Part shown: piece after piece, positions 1 to 13,417 of the stretch
How positions within the stretch are numbered: position 1 is the stretch's first letter
Layout of the letters: each line of letters starts with the position of its first letter
Assembly: GCA_964016885.1 (NCBI GenBank)
Contig: OZ024743.1
Location: forward strand, 224,502,001-224,566,000
DNA: 64,000 bases
Direction: 5' to 3'
Source: Eledone cirrhosa
Lineage: Eukaryota
Notes under the pieces: generated by a model
What the model was told of the DNA's origin: nothing
Databases searched by the model: none
Seen by the model: the letters and a program-made list of their open reading frames with translations, nothing else
Made by a program: the position numbers and the translations under genes

Positions 1-534
1 TCGGGCAAAAATGTGGGTAATGCGAGTAAATGAGGGTAGCCCACCGAAACAAGGTAGGTGCAGTGTGAAGCAGTGAAATGTCAGAATAGACGAAAAAATA
101 GACCTGCCAGAAATGAGCAACACTACTATTAACCTGGTCTGCTTACATGTGTGTGCATGTATGTGTATGTATGTGTATGTATGTGTATGTGTTCTAGCAT
201 GTATATGAAGTGTTTTACAGCTCAGTAAAGAAATGATTCAGAATAAAGTAAAAGATAAAAGACAGCTACAGCTACAACAATAACAGCAGTAATTGCTTTG
301 ATGATAACAATAATAACTACAATGCATGTTAAGACAGTAGCAGTGATATATACACGCAACTTCTCGAATGTACTTTTTAACTTTAATCTACCCTCTGCTC
401 CACATTCTGTGTTAAAAAGAAATCTTATTTAAAGTGGAATGTGTTTTTATATGACTGATGACTAACGACTAGATTATACCGAGCAACATTAAGACTTGAA
501 CAGTATGACATTAAATGTACAACTGTTATCAGAT

Positions 535-646
<112 letters not shown>

Positions 647-714
647 CGCTACTTGACATTTTAGTTGATAAATTGAAAGGATCGATATTGTTGGCCAATA
701 CCTGAAGAACTATA

Positions 715-1032
715 CACACATATTTATGGAATATATCATGGAAATACAGTTTAATAGAAAAAGAAAAAAACAAAAAAACAAAAAGGAGGGGGTGAAATGA
801 CAAGCACTCTAGTGTCACAGGAGAATGGGGCGGGGCGAAGGGGGAGGATGATTGAACTCTGGGCCTAGGGTGCAGCGATAGAGGGGCTACGCCCCGCGGA
901 CAAGAACGCAAAAGCATTCCTGCTGACAATGACCAGCGACACCCGCTGCAACAGCCACCCCACCTCGCGGGGTCTCCTTCCTCAGACGGGCCACCGACGT
1001 TTCGATCTTGCGGAGGAGCTCGACTGTACGGG
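715..1032 (-). mobile_element. CRE-type (RLE) non-LTR retrotransposon 3' fragment plus 3' UTR
   Basis: Minus strand translates to ...PREVGWLLQRVSLVIVSRNAFAFLSAG, the same C-terminal motif as 50901-51542. The T-rich UTR is shared with 12452-12925. Confidence 0.7.
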
Positions 1033-1329
1033 GGTCAGTACAGGAATTAGAAATGCAGCTTGGAATTTTTTATTTATTTATTTATTTATTTTTTACTATT
1101 TAATCAATTTAATCGGGGATAGAAAGGCAGTGTTTACGACCCTTTTCCGATGCCTCTCATCCTCACCCGTACCTGGCTGGAGGAAGGAAGAAAACTATCC
1201 TCAAACTGGAGACTTATCCCGCATGCTTACAACAGAGTAGACTCTACTAAAGATTCCAAATAGCCAAGTGGAGGTGTTAAACTGGGCGGCAGCTTAACAG
1301 CTACCTAAGTAGACGAAGACGTATTTGAA

Positions 1330-1632
1330 CTCAAACTATATCTATTTACAACCTGTAACTTTTACAAACTATATCATATACAAGCTGTATCCTCTAGAAA
1401 CTGCATCAATCTACAAGTTGTACCCTCTACAATCTGTTCACATTTACAAGCTGAATCCATCTAGAAACTGTATCCTTGTCAAGCTGAATCCATCTCTAAC
1501 TTGTATCTTTTATAAACTGTATTACCTACAAGCTGTATCCAATTATAAGTTATATGCATCAACAACCTGTAGCACCTACACGCTGTATCATCTTAAAGTT
1601 GTGTCAGCTACAAGCTGTATTATCTACTTATT
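1330..1632. repeat. Degenerate ~33-bp tandem repeat (TACAAGCTGTATC core)
   Basis: Recurrent caagctgtat/caagttgtac/caagctgaat at about 33-bp spacing. Confidence 0.7.
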
Positions 1633-1644
1633 GTATCGGTACCA

Positions 1645-1939
1645 CGATCTTCTCGTTCTGCGGTGGTAAACCCTTATCTGGAAGGCAGCATGCAACGACA
1701 CCTTCTCCAGCAGCAACCTATTGCATTCGGTGACAGACCCAGGCTTCATTACCTGACAAGCCAAATACTGCAAACTGTCGAAGTATTGGCCGCTCTCCGA
1801 TACGTTTATCGTCGAACTTGTAGCGATGGAGACTTCCGGCGTTCTTGATCCCCGAACTACCTGTCTACTCACTGCTATCGAGGCGGCATTGGCCACCCGC
1901 AGGAGTGGGCACTGCACGTTGGAATGGCTATTTCAACGT
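1645..1939 (+). mobile_element. CRE-type retrotransposon endonuclease fragment
   Basis: Reads NDTFSSSNLLHSVTDPG...KLSKYWPLSD...VAMETSGVLDPRTTCLLTAI...LEWLFQR with a stop; ends where the mariner begins. Confidence 0.75.
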
Positions 1940-2640
1940 ATGAGGTAGACTCAAGAGGTTTTGAGACTTTTATCAGAGACATTTATTTTATTCAGTTCAA
2001 CACAAAACTCTAGTCTCCCTTACAGTAGGATCATCCAACTTCAATGCATTTGTTGTAGCACTCCAGCCACCTCTGGAAGGCCCCTTTATACTTCTCCAAA
2101 GTGAATATGTCCAGGGCCCTTGTCACAGTTTCCTTCATCTCCTCCATATCTTCAAAGTGGATACCCCTGAGCTCCTCCTTCAGCTTCGGGAACATCCAGA
2201 AGTTGTATGGGGCTAAATCTGAACTGTAGGAAATATGAAGGACAATCTTAATCCCCATTTCAGCCAAGTAGTTGGTCACAAGGATGGATTTGTGGCAGGG
2301 GTCTTTGACCTGGTGCAGGTACCACTGACCAGACTTGAAGAGTTCTGGTATCTTGCAACGAAATCTCTTTCTGAACTGTCTCAAAACCTCTACATAGGAC
2401 TCTTTATTGACTGGTCGTGGTGGACCCAGTGGTTGTAGATGATGCCATTGCTGTCGAAGAATGGCATCCTCGTGATTATCCGTGTGGACCTGCTTTGCCT
2501 GGCTTTCTTGGGTCTTGGGGATTCAGAATGTTTCCACTGAGCACTCTTGGTCTCTGGATCATAACAGGTTACCAGAGACTCAGTGACACATGGATTCGAA
2601 ACGATCCCTCGCTGCTGTCAGTTGTATCCATCTAGGCCAC
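1940..2640 (-). mobile_element. Tc1/mariner transposon relic (C-terminal transposase plus one terminal repeat)
   Basis: YDPETK..QWKHSESPRPKKARQSRS and YSSDLAPYNFWMFPKLKEELRG (YSPDLAPxD motif); frameshifted; TA-started end TATGAGGTAGACTCAAGAGGTTTTGAGACT at 1940. Confidence 0.9.
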
Positions 2641-2877
2641 TAGTGTTACCTCAAAGTTTCACGTTAATCTCATCCATATCTGTATGTCGAGTCGACATCT
2701 ACATTATTTATGTAGCCTAAATTTTTTGTTGATTTACAGAATTGAAAAACCTTACTTTTTATGCATAATTTATCCAAATAATCGTGAACATTCTTACAAT
2801 TATATATTTAATCGACCGATAACTTGATAAAAATAAAAAAAATTGTTTTTCTTTCTCTGTATATTTTCTTTCAAAAA

Positions 2878-3117
2878 CAGAGGGCGGTGGAACTGGGGGT
2901 GGGGACATGACCAATAATTATATATTTTCTCCCCTAACTACCAAAACACATTTATTTGTATACACGCTTCAGTTTATGTACATGTTATGTTTATCGCATA
3001 TCGAATTTTTTTTTATATCTTGGTTGATATTTATTAATAACAGCTAAACTAATCCCTACAACTAAATTGACCAATTTGTACACCCCCTCCCGTTCAGAAA
3101 TGCTTCCACCGCTCTTG
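2878..3117. mobile_element. MITE, probably hAT-type (copy 1)
   Basis: Ends CAGAGGGCGGTGGAA...TTCCACCGCTCTTG; interior homologous to 4584-4792. Confidence 0.7.
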
Positions 3118-3724
3118 AAAAATTGTTAATCTGTTGAGAATAAAATTTATCAAATTAACATAAAAAAAAAAAATAGATGGAATATTTGATTGAAAAGTCA
3201 ATAAATGAACCCGTTTTAGCGTGCTAATTAGTTCAGTTAGTGAACAAGCTAGATATTGAATTCAAACCATAGCAAGGTCAAAGGTGAAATAGAAAGAGTT
3301 ACAAAACATGGGAAATGATTCAAAAACATTCTCTAAACACGGAATATAAAAAATAATAAAGTAAATGGTAGCTTTTTAAATTGTAACAGATATCTTTCTC
3401 TTTTCTTTCGTTGATTTAATATCAATTTTCAGTGTAGACAGGTTGTTTTATTTGTTTTTTTAAAATATAAAACAAATAAAGAAATAAATAAGTTTCTAGC
3501 TTTCGGTTTCCTATCCATCAGCGAGTTGGCAAGCCCTGAACGGTTCAGTGAGCAGATTTGGCACCGTGGTGTGTGGTATGAACTTCTAGAAAAATTACAT
3601 TGTAACTATTAAAGGAAATAAACTTCGTTTAGGGACACAACACTATGGTAAAGGACGTGCGTCTACATGTGAGTACACAGATACCTAAATATGGAATGTT
3701 ACGTGATGCCCCCCCCCCCCACAC

Positions 3725-3915
3725 ACAGCCCTGGTGGACAGGATGGAGAAGGCGTTCCCCCGGAGGGTGGCAAGGGAGACGCGCTGGAAAAGCCACTCCA
3801 ACTCGCCGGGCTTACACCTGCGGCTGGCCAGCTCAGCGCCTATGGTGGTGAGAGTGGAGGTAGCCCTAGGGCCGAGGACACCAGAAGTCTCCACTGCCAG
3901 GGGCACAACCGCAAG
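3725..3915 (-). mobile_element. CRE-type retrotransposon 3' fragment
   Basis: VVPLAVETSGVLGPRA...ELEWLFQRVSLATLRGNAFSIL. Confidence 0.8.
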
Positions 3916-4315
3916 AATGGAAGTTGTTTTCAACGTTGGTATAGTAGAGTCAATGGTATCCTGTGATTATTTACCATTAACGTTGCCTCTTTTAGTATCA
4001 CCAATGTAAACTACCACCACCATCACCATTACCACTACCACCATCATCACCAGAATGACCACCACCACTACCACTACTACCACCTCCATCACCACTACCA
4101 CTACCACAACCATCACCAGAATGACCACCACTACTACCACCACTACCACTACTACCACTACTACCACCGCCACCAGCAACAACAACAAAAAACTATCACC
4201 AACAGCATCACCAGAGTGATCATCACTACTACCACAATCATCAACAGAATGACCACAACCAGCAGCAACAGCAGCAGAATGGCCACTATCACCACCACCA
4301 CAGTATACTCTAAAC

Positions 4316-4535
4316 CAGGCATGTCAAACATGCGGCGCACGGGCCACATGCGGCTCTTTAGAAGCACACCTGCGGCCCGCACAATGAGTTTTTATAGCAC
4401 GAGCATGTTTTATCTTCGTAATATAAAATTAAAAAAATGTGTTGTAATGTGCGCAATTTGTTGTCGTGTGTGACCCTCAGACAACACATATGTGACCCAT
4501 GTGGCTTTCGGAGGACCCTGAGTTTGACATGCCTG
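4316..4535. mobile_element. hAT-family MITE, 220 bp
   Basis: Perfect 14-bp TIR CAGGCATGTCAAAC/GTTTGACATGCCTG and perfect 8-bp TSD CTCTAAAC (4308-4315, 4536-4543). Confidence 0.93.
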
Positions 4536-4583
4536 CTCTAAACATATTTATCACCACAGCAACATTAGACTACCATAACACTA

Positions 4584-4792
4584 CAGTGGCGGTGGAACTG
4601 TATACCAAAACACATATCTATTTGTATATGTGCTACAATGTTATGTTTATCGCATATCGAAGTTTTCTGACCATTTTAGATTGCAAAGAGCTAAACTTAT
4701 CACTACAACTAAATTGACCAAATTTAGCAATCCCCCCCCCCCACCCCTCCACCATTAACACCACCAATTAAGAAATGCTTCCACCGCCCCTG
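4584..4792. mobile_element. MITE, probably hAT-type (copy 2)
   Basis: CAGTGGCGGTGGAA...TTCCACCGCCCCTG; homologous to 2878-3117. Confidence 0.72.
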
Positions 4793-5387
4793 CCCCATCA
4801 CACTACTAGTGTCACATCCTCGCTCTCGCCATACCAATATCCTACCAATAAACGCTACGATAGCACAGCCATCATAGAACCCACCACCATCACCACAGCT
4901 GCCAATACAACATCACCCACCACCACCACCATCACCACCACCATACCATAACCACCACATGACCACTGTATGACCAGCATGCCGACACCATTAACAAAAC
5001 ACCAGATCACATATCATATTACCTCTCTAATCCACCAATGTCAAGCCAATACCCTATCACGAATATCACTCATGCTGTCAACCACCACAACCACCACCAA
5101 AACAACTACCACCTCCACCACCACCACCACCACCACAACCACCACCATCACCACCACTATCACCATCACCAACAACAATAACCAAACTACATCAATACTA
5201 CCTCCACGACCACCACCTCCAACAACAATCAAACCTCATAAATGCTACCTCCATGACCACCACTGCCATCACCACTGCCATCACCACTACCACCACCACT
5301 AAACAACAACAACCAAACTACTACCACCTCCATCACCAACAACAACCAAACCTTATCAATGCTACCTCCACGACCACCACGACCACC

Positions 5388-5419
<32 letters not shown>

Positions 5420-5496
5420 CAACCAAACTTCGTCAATGCTACCTCCACTACCACCACCATCACCAACAACAACTAACTAAACCTTATCAATTCTAC

Positions 5497-5527
<31 letters not shown>

Positions 5528-6271
5528 ACCACCACCAACAACAACAACATTAACCAAACTTCGTCAATGCTATCTCCACTACCACCTCCATCACCAACAA
5601 CAACCAAACCTTATCAATGCTACCTCTACGACGACCACCACCACCACCACAACATCAACCAAACTTCGTCAATGCTACCTCCACTACCACCTCCATCACC
5701 ACCAACAACCAAACCTCATCAATGCTACATCCACGACCACCACCACCACCACCAACAACAACAACCAAACCTCATCAATGCCACCTCCACGACAACCATT
5801 ACTAACAACAACAACACCCAAATCACAAAAACCTCCCTCACATCACCGTTACCATATCTCAACTAAAACACTGTAAACATACGACTACGTCACCACCACG
5901 ACTCTACTACAACAATACAACAGTATCACTGTTACTACTAGCAAAAGATGTAGACACGCCTACATCCCGACCCCTTACCAAGCAAAGAGACACACCTACA
6001 TCACCACCATCTCCACCATCACCACCACCACCTACATCACCACCATCAACAGCATCACCACCATCACCACCATCACCAAATCTCAACTATAATTACACTA
6101 CTACCACACCACACGACAATAACACCAGCATCACTATTCCGCCACAAAATAATTTATTAAGATGTATTCTGCTTATGTTTTAATTTGACATCATTTATAT
6201 TTAATTTAATAAAGAATTTCTCTTTGAATTCCTTACCAAAAGCCAAAAAAACTCAGAAGTGTAATTTGGAG

Positions 6272-9082
6272 TTCCTCTCCACCAATAGTGAGAGGTCATT
6301 GAGGATGTACTCCCTTCTAACAGTGAGAGGTCACAGAGGAGGTACTTTCCATTAACAGTGATAGGTCACAGAAGAGGCACTTTTCATCAATAGTGAGAGG
6401 TCACAGCGCGATACGCTCCACTAATAGTGAGAGGTCACAGCGAGGTATTCTCTACTAACAGTGAGAGGTCACTGCGAGGTACTCTCCACCAATAGTGAGA
6501 GGTCACAGCGAGGTATTCTCTACTAACAGTGAGAGGTCACTGCGAGGTACTCTCCACCAATAGTGAGAGGTTATAGCGAGGTACTCTCCACCAATAGTGA
6601 GAGATCACAGCGAGGTATTCTCTACTAACAGTGAGAGGTCACTGCGAGGTACTCTCCACCAATAGTGAGAGATCACAGCGAGGTATTCTCTACTAACAGT
6701 GAGAGGTCACTGCGAGGTACTCTCCACCAATAGTGAGAGGTTATAGCGAGGTACTCTCCACCAATAGTGAGAGATCACAGCGAGGTATTCTCTACTAACA
6801 GTGAGAGGTCACTGCGAGGTACTCTCCACCAATAGTGAGAGGTTATAGCGAGGTACTCTCCACCAATAGTGAGAGATCACAGCGAGGTATTCTCTACTAA
6901 CAGTGAGAGGTCACTGCGAGGTACTCTCCACCAATAGTGAGAGATCACAGCGAGGTATTCTCTACTAACAGTGAGAGGTCACTGCGAGGTACTCTCCACC
7001 AATAGTGAGAGGTTATAGCGAGGTACTCTCCACCAATAGTGAGAGATCACAGCGAGGTATTCTCTACTAACAGTGAGAGGTCACTGCGAGGTACTCTCCA
7101 CCAATAGTGAGAGGTTATAGCGAGGTACTCTCCACCAATAGTGAGAGATCACAGCGAGGTACTCTCCACCAATAATGAGAGGTCACTGCGAGGTACTCTC
7201 CACCAATAGTGAGAGGTTATAGCGAGGTACTCTCCACCAATAGTGAGAGATCACAGCGAGGTATTCTCTACTAATAGTGAGAGGTCACTGCGAGGTACTC
7301 TCCACCAATAGTGAGAGGTTATAGCGAGGTACTCTCTACTAATAGTGAGAGATCACAGCGAGGTATTCTCTACTAATAGTGAGAGGTCACTGCGAGGTAC
7401 TCTCCACCAATAGTGAGAGGTTATAGCGAGGTACTCTCCACCAATAGTGAGAGATCACAGCGAGGTATTCTCTACTAACAGTGAGAGATCACAGCGAGGT
7501 ACTCTACACCAATAGTGAGAGGTTATAGCGAGGTACTCTCCACCAATAGTGAGAGATCACAGCGAGGTACTCTCCACCAATAGTGAGAGGTCACTGCGAG
7601 GTACTCTCCACCAATAGTGAGAGATCACAGCGAGGTATTCTCTACCAATAGTGAGAGGTTATAGCGAGGTACTCTCTACTAATAGTGAGAGATCACAGCG
7701 AGGTATTCTCTACTAACAGTGAGAGATCACAGCGAGGTACTCTACACCAATAGTGAGAGGTTATAGCGAGGTACTCTCCACCAATAGTGAGAGATCACAG
7801 CGAGGTACTCTCCACCAATAGTGAGAGATCACAGCGAGGTATTCTCTACTAATAGTGAGAGGTTATAGCGAGGTACTCTCCACCAATAGTGAGAGGTTAT
7901 AGCGAGGTACTCTCTACTAATAGTGAGAGGTTATAGCGAGGTACTCTCCACCAATAGTGAGAGGTCACTGCGAGGTACTCTCCACCAATAGTGAGAGGTT
8001 ATAGCGAGGTACTCTCTACTAATAGTGAGAGGTTATAGCGAGGTACTCTCCACCAATAGTGAGAGATCACAGCGAGGTATTCTCTACTAATAGTGAGAGG
8101 TCACTGCGAGGTACTCTCCACCAATAGTGAGAGGTTATAGCGAGGTACTCTCTACTAATAGTGAGAGGTTATAGCGAGGTACTCTCCACCAATAGTGATA
8201 GATCACAGCGAGGTACTCTCTACTAATAGTGAGAGGTCACTGCGAGGTACTCTCCACTAATAGTGAGAGATCACAGCGAGGTATTCTCTACTAACAGTGA
8301 GTGGTCACTGCGAGGTACTCTCCACCAATAGTGAGAGGTCACTGCGAGGTACTCTCCACCAATAGTGAGAGATCACAGCGAGGTATTCTCTACTAATAGT
8401 GAGTGGTCACTGCGAGGTACTCTCCACCAATAGTGAGAGGTCACAGCGAGGTACTCTCTACTAATAGTGAGAGGTCACTGCGAGGTACTCTCCACCAATA
8501 GTGAGAGGTCACAGCGAGGTACTCTCTACTAATAGTGAGAGGTCACTGCGAGGTACTCTCCACCAATAGTGAGAGGTCACAGCGAGGTACTCTCTACTAA
8601 TAGTAAGAGGTCACTGCGAGGTACTCTCCACCAATAGTGAGAGATCACAGCGAGGTATTCTCTACTAATAGTGAGTGGTCACTGCGAGGTACTCTCCACC
8701 AATAGTGAGAGGTCACTGCGAGGTACTCTCCACTAATAGTGAGAGGTCACTGCGAGGTATTCTCTACTAATAGTGAGAGGTCACTGCGAGGTACTCTCCA
8801 CCAATAGTGAGAGGTTATAGCGAGGTACTCTCCACCAATAGTGAGAGGTTATAGTGAGGTACTCTCCACCAATAGTGAGAGGTTATAGCGAGGTACTCTC
8901 CACCAATAGTGAGAGGTCACAGCGAAGGTGCTCATCACCAACTGTGAGAGGTCACGGAGGGGGGTTATTTTTCACCAACAGTGAGAGGTCACAGGGGGGT
9001 TACTCTTCAGCAACTGTGAGAGGTCATGGGTGGGGGAACGCTTCACCAACAGTGAGAGGTCACAGCGAGGGCACTCTCCACT
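6272..9082. repeat. 34-bp minisatellite, about 80 copies (ACTCTCCACCAATAGTGAGAGGTCACTGCGAGGT)
   Basis: Contiguous 34-bp units with a few recurrent variants and degenerate edges; no unique spacers. Confidence 0.97.
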
Positions 9083-9231
9083 ATCAGTTGCTTTTAAAGA
9101 CCAGATCTACACTCATTTTCCATTTTTAAATATTTTTCAAATAATTCAATTAATTGATCTTACTTAAGTTATTTTCCTTACTTGTTTTTCAATTTTATAC
9201 ATCCGTAGATGGCAGGTATGTGTATGTACCC

Positions 9232-10125
9232 GTAACTCCCCGGCAGGATTTGAACTCAGAACATAAAGGGTCATAACTCTATGCTACAAAGCATGGTAAC
9301 TGACGCTCTATCGATCTGCCAATCCACCACCTTTTTTTCTGATATAGGCATAAGGCAAACAATTTTTGAGGAGGGGAAAATCGATTAAATCTATCCCAAT
9401 GCATTACTGGTACTTTATTTTGTCGACCCCATAAGGATGAAATGCAAAGCTTAACCCCGACAGGATTTGAATTCAGAACGTAAAGTGGCATAACTATATG
9501 CCGAAAAGCATGTCGTCCGACGCTCTACCAATTGTGCCAATTCTTCGCCCTAATCTCAATTAATAGAAATGTTTCAATTCATTGTATTACAGTTATTTGA
9601 CCCTTCTTCTAAGGTATTTTCTTTCCCTCGTTCATAGTATTGATATATGTATGTATATCAGATTGCTTCTTATTTACAAATATAGTTTTAATTCTGTATG
9701 GATTGCTGAAGTTTAAATAAACATATGGCTAGTTTGTAGGCTTGGTAAATATATAATAAATATTTATGTATATTTGGTGCACAAATATTTATGCAAATTT
9801 GTGCGCCAAAAATAATGTTATTTTGTGTTCTCATGTATAAAGATAGTGAAATCTTATGTGCATATCATAAAAATATACACTTTATTACATTCAATAAGCA
9901 AATGGAATGTATTATTTAAAAAAAGAGAGGAAAAATATTGGTTCCTGATTTAGGCACAAGGCCAGCAATTTTGAGAAGGGGAAAGTCGATTAAATCGACC
10001 CTAGTGCGTTACTGGTGCTTTATTTTATCGACCCTGTAAGGATGAAAGGCAAAGTTAAACCACGTCGGGATTTGAACTCAGAACGTAAACGGCCGTAAGT
10101 ATATGCCACAAAATTCGTTGTTCGA
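9232..10125 (-). mobile_element. Three tRNA-derived SINE copies or fragments, family A (9232-9330, 9350-9550, 9950-10125)
   Basis: B-box GAGTTCAAATCC plus central GCCTTTCATCCTTAC..GGTCGATAAAATAAAGTACCAG (resembles the MetaSINE core, from memory). Confidence 0.85.
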
Positions 10126-10214
10126 ATCTCTACCGATGGGCGGGGATGGGTGAGAAGACAACTCAATCACATGCCACAATAAGGTCCCCTGGAACTTTCC
10201 TCTAATAATTTTTG

Positions 10215-10375
10215 AGGCAAACCAACATAACCGTAGCATTACCGCGGGCGATAGCGAAACCAAGGGGCTGAAATAATTCAGCAACCTCGTTAGTATCACT
10301 TGATACATCATTAAGGTGAACTGCCAACGATGATAAGAACTTCGTTGTCAGCGGCCAAGTTCCCCCTTGTGTGAT
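10215..10375 (-). mobile_element. Divergent CRE-type 3' fragment (different subfamily)
   Basis: GGTWPLTTKFLSSLAVHL...EVAELFQPLGFAIARGNATVML matches the FQRxSxAIxRGNA motif. Confidence 0.6.
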
Positions 10376-10594
10376 AATTTATAAAAATACAGAATAAATA
10401 ATTTATTAATAATAATTATTTAAAAAAAATCATTAACAAATCTATTTCAAATAACAACAACACTACAGATATTTAAAAACGAAAAAAGAAGGGAAGGGCA
10501 AAGGCTCTGGAGTCACAGAAGAATGAGAGGAGGAGGGGGAGAGTGATAGGCTCTAGGCCTAGAGCTCGGTGATGTTGGAGCTGCGCCCCTTGCG

Positions 10595-10900
10595 TAGTTG
10601 AATGGTTAAGAAGTTCGTTTCGCATCGGGAAGTTCAAAGTTCGAATTCACTGTGTGCTGTCTTTCAACCCTAACCATGCAAGAGAATTTGAGTTGAAAGA
10701 AACTGCTTGGAAAACCCGTCGGATGAAGTGTATTTGTAATTCAAAGGACCAGCATTGTTACACTGTGTCACGGGGCCACGCTGACTCTGCCTGAAGACTA
10801 CATTACTGGTACGAATATTTGAGGAATACTGAACCAATTACAATGTATAGGTTGTTCCGTTGATTGAACAATTGGAACACTCATCATCATAACCAACGTT
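10595..10900 (+). mobile_element. tRNA-derived SINE, family B
   Basis: A/B-box-like head (TGGTTAAG...GTTCGAATTC); body and tail shared with 50270-50560 and 14840-15137. Confidence 0.7.
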
Positions 10901-11089
10901 TCTTTAGATTAAACGTTCTCTCATATTATAAACCTCTTCTCTTTTGAAGAACATTTTGACAGTAAATTCTTTCTTGCTTTAAACATTATTTGCATTGTTA
11001 AATTCTACGAGATCAACTAACTTTAAGGTTATAAAAACAACGTATTAATGTGGTTTTGATGTCATACATTGTTAACTATCCTTGTGGCT

Positions 11090-11345
11090 CTTCTTTATAG
11101 TACTGTAGGGCTAGGGTGTCTGAAGTGCAGGAGAGGTCTTGCTGGAAGCGAGGGGCCCAGTGACGTGACATCAGAGTTCGCGGTCCTTTCGAGCTCTCTT
11201 TGGTCAAGACGCGGTACCGTGTGAACGTGCATGTTCATGAGTGCTGATTGTGTGTGAGAGACTCTCTGTATTTTTTGGCCGGACGTAAAACAGGTGATCA
11301 CCAATGCGGACTCAAATGGAGACATAAAGGTCGGTCCCTACGCTT
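11090..11345 (-). promoter_or_regulatory. Candidate promoter/enhancer island
   Basis: Non-repetitive GC-richer island containing CCAAT (11301), E-box CAGGTG (11291), CRE/ATF-like TGACGTGACATCA (11161) and TATAAA on the minus strand (11099-11094). Confidence 0.3.
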
Positions 11346-11759
11346 CCTCATGACAAGTACATTCATATAGTAATTCAGATACGGTATATTTCCGATGCAT
11401 AAATTCATATATTGACATATGTTTGCGCTTGCGCGCTCGTGTGTAGATATCTTTATGCGACTAAGTGGATGTATGTGCATATATATTGATTTAGATATAC
11501 GTGGATGTGTATGCATAAAAATTCATATATACGCATTAGGTGCTTGCTTGTGTTTATATGGTCGTGTACGTACTTGCCATCGTGTCACTCATTACACTTG
11601 TGTAGATGTGTGGCTGTGGATATACATGCGTATTTGTCTCTATGTGTGCATCTAGAGGTCTGTGAATCTATATATAAGCATTCGTTGATTCCCCTATTCT
11701 CACTGTTATATATTTAAAGTTATTGGCATCCTTAAATTTCTTCCCTATATATGCAGTCA

Positions 11760-12450
11760 TATAGCACAAAAACAGACAAATAGCCCCTCATGTCATTCAA
11801 TAATGGCCCGCTCTTTGTATTTCATTAAATTAGCGCAGTATGATGTAATTCTGCCAGGTCAAGTGATCTGAGGGTATAAACTCCTGCTTCTGCATTACCA
11901 AGCTATTCAGTAATTTTTTGCTTATTTGGATTCAGAATGTCTGTATTAAAATCTCCACAAATGAACAGGGCCTTTTAGAATATTTTTGCAAGCATTTTTC
12001 CTATCCAATCCTTAAATATTTCAGTATTCGATCCAGGAGTCAATTGTATACTACACACAATTATATATTTGTTGCTCTACAGATTTCTTTTCTAATACAT
12101 ATAATCACATTATCAAGAGCTGTTAACATATTTTCTACCACCTTATAATTGGAATATTTATCCCCATACAAAAGCACGCCCCTCCATTCTTGTTCTTCCT
12201 GTTCATATCAGTAACTTTATATCCTTTCAACTCAACGTCTACACCCATTTCAGGGTTGATCTAAGTCTCTGATGTAGCTATTATATTATATTGAATAGTT
12301 TCATAAATTGACCTAAATAGTCTTTGATATTTTGGATGTTGGTACATAATAACCTTCTGCTGAAAACTGATATTTTCTTATCTGTCTCAACAATCGTGTT
12401 AAACTGATCCTCTGTGTACTAACTACAATTGATATTAAATCAATAAATTT
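11760..12450 (-). pseudogene. Degraded LINE APE endonuclease (L2/Crack-like)
   Basis: Minus-strand NIQNIKDYLGQF, SET, NRKNKNGG, TPGSNT and LFICGDFNTDILNP motifs with stops and frameshifts. Confidence 0.8.
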
Positions 12451-12451
12451 T

Positions 12452-12925
12452 ACTTATGGAGTATATCGTGTAAATACAGTTTAATAGAAAAAGAAAAAAA
12501 AGAAAATTTAGATTGAGAAGAATGAATGGAATGTAAAATGGGAAAATATAAAGAAAAAAGAGAAAATAAAATGGAAAAGGGAGGGAATGGCAGGGAATCT
12601 AGTGTCACAGAAGAATGAGGATGATTGGGCTCTGGGCCTAGGGCGCGGTGGTAAAGGGGCTGCACCCCGCAGAAGGGTTCCCGCAGACAATGGCCAGTGA
12701 CGCCCGCTGCAACAGTCACGCCACCTCGCGGGGATCCTTCCTCAGACAGGTCGCTGACGTTCCGATCTCCCAGAGGAGCTCGACTGTACGGCGTCCAAGT
12801 GCGCCTGGGGTCTCGGCGGCAACCGGTACGAAGAGTAAGCGGCCGAACTATCTCCAGTATTTGTTTATCTTCCTTCTCTGCAAGGTGGGCCGTGGTACCG
12901 GGGTTTGTGGCCGAAGTGACTAAGT
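12452..12925 (-). mobile_element. CRE-type 3' fragment plus UTR
   Basis: SATNPGTTAHLAERKINKY...FVPVAAETPGALGRRT...LLQRASLAIVCGN. Confidence 0.8.
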
Positions 12926-13417
12926 TCTTTGAATCAATATAATTTTCCTTATCCTCTAACTTAACATTTGTTTCATTGAAGTTTTCAAACTTGTTTAAAT
13001 ATTTTGTTTATTGTTCGTCGGACAAAATTCCTTGCAGTATTTATTCTGGTTCTTTACGATCTAATTTGAAATCTGTCGAGGTAATCTGCTTTTCATTCAT
13101 CCGGGTCGATAAATTAATCTTAAGTGTACAGGGTCAGACTTTTCCTTTCTTCAAATTACTGACTTTCTGCCTAAATTACAAATCATTATGTCCAGCTTCA
13201 AATAAAGACTTCTGTCTGGACAAGTAATGCTCTTGTCTATTTATTCCTTCTGAGATTCTTCCTTATCTTCAAAAGTTGTTGTTGTTTTGATATCACTGCC
13301 ATGTATCTAATTCACCCACGACTCTGATTACTAGCACTTTTAACTTTTCTAGAGTTCCGCTTAGTTTTATGAACATTTAAGTTTGCTAGCCATATAGATT
13401 GTGTTTTGCATTATTTA

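Larger units (their letters stand above)
4010..6130. repeat. (ACC/AAC)n low-complexity region with a degenerate higher-order unit (CCAAACTTCGTCAATGCTACCTCCAC), interrupted by two MITEs
   Basis: Read directly; explains the poly-T/H/P/V ORFs. Confidence 0.9.

Noticed and set aside
3967-5866. Mucin-like, poly-His or poly-Val ORFs (also 43123-44287)
   Set aside because: Trinucleotide and dinucleotide microsatellite artefacts.
6272-9082. CRISPR array (34-bp repeat with a dyad)
   Set aside because: Units are contiguous with no unique spacers, there are no cas genes, and the context is eukaryotic.
11095-11325. 76-aa minus-strand ORF as a terminal coding exon
   Set aside because: No clear acceptor or recognisable homology; a regulatory reading is at least as plausible.
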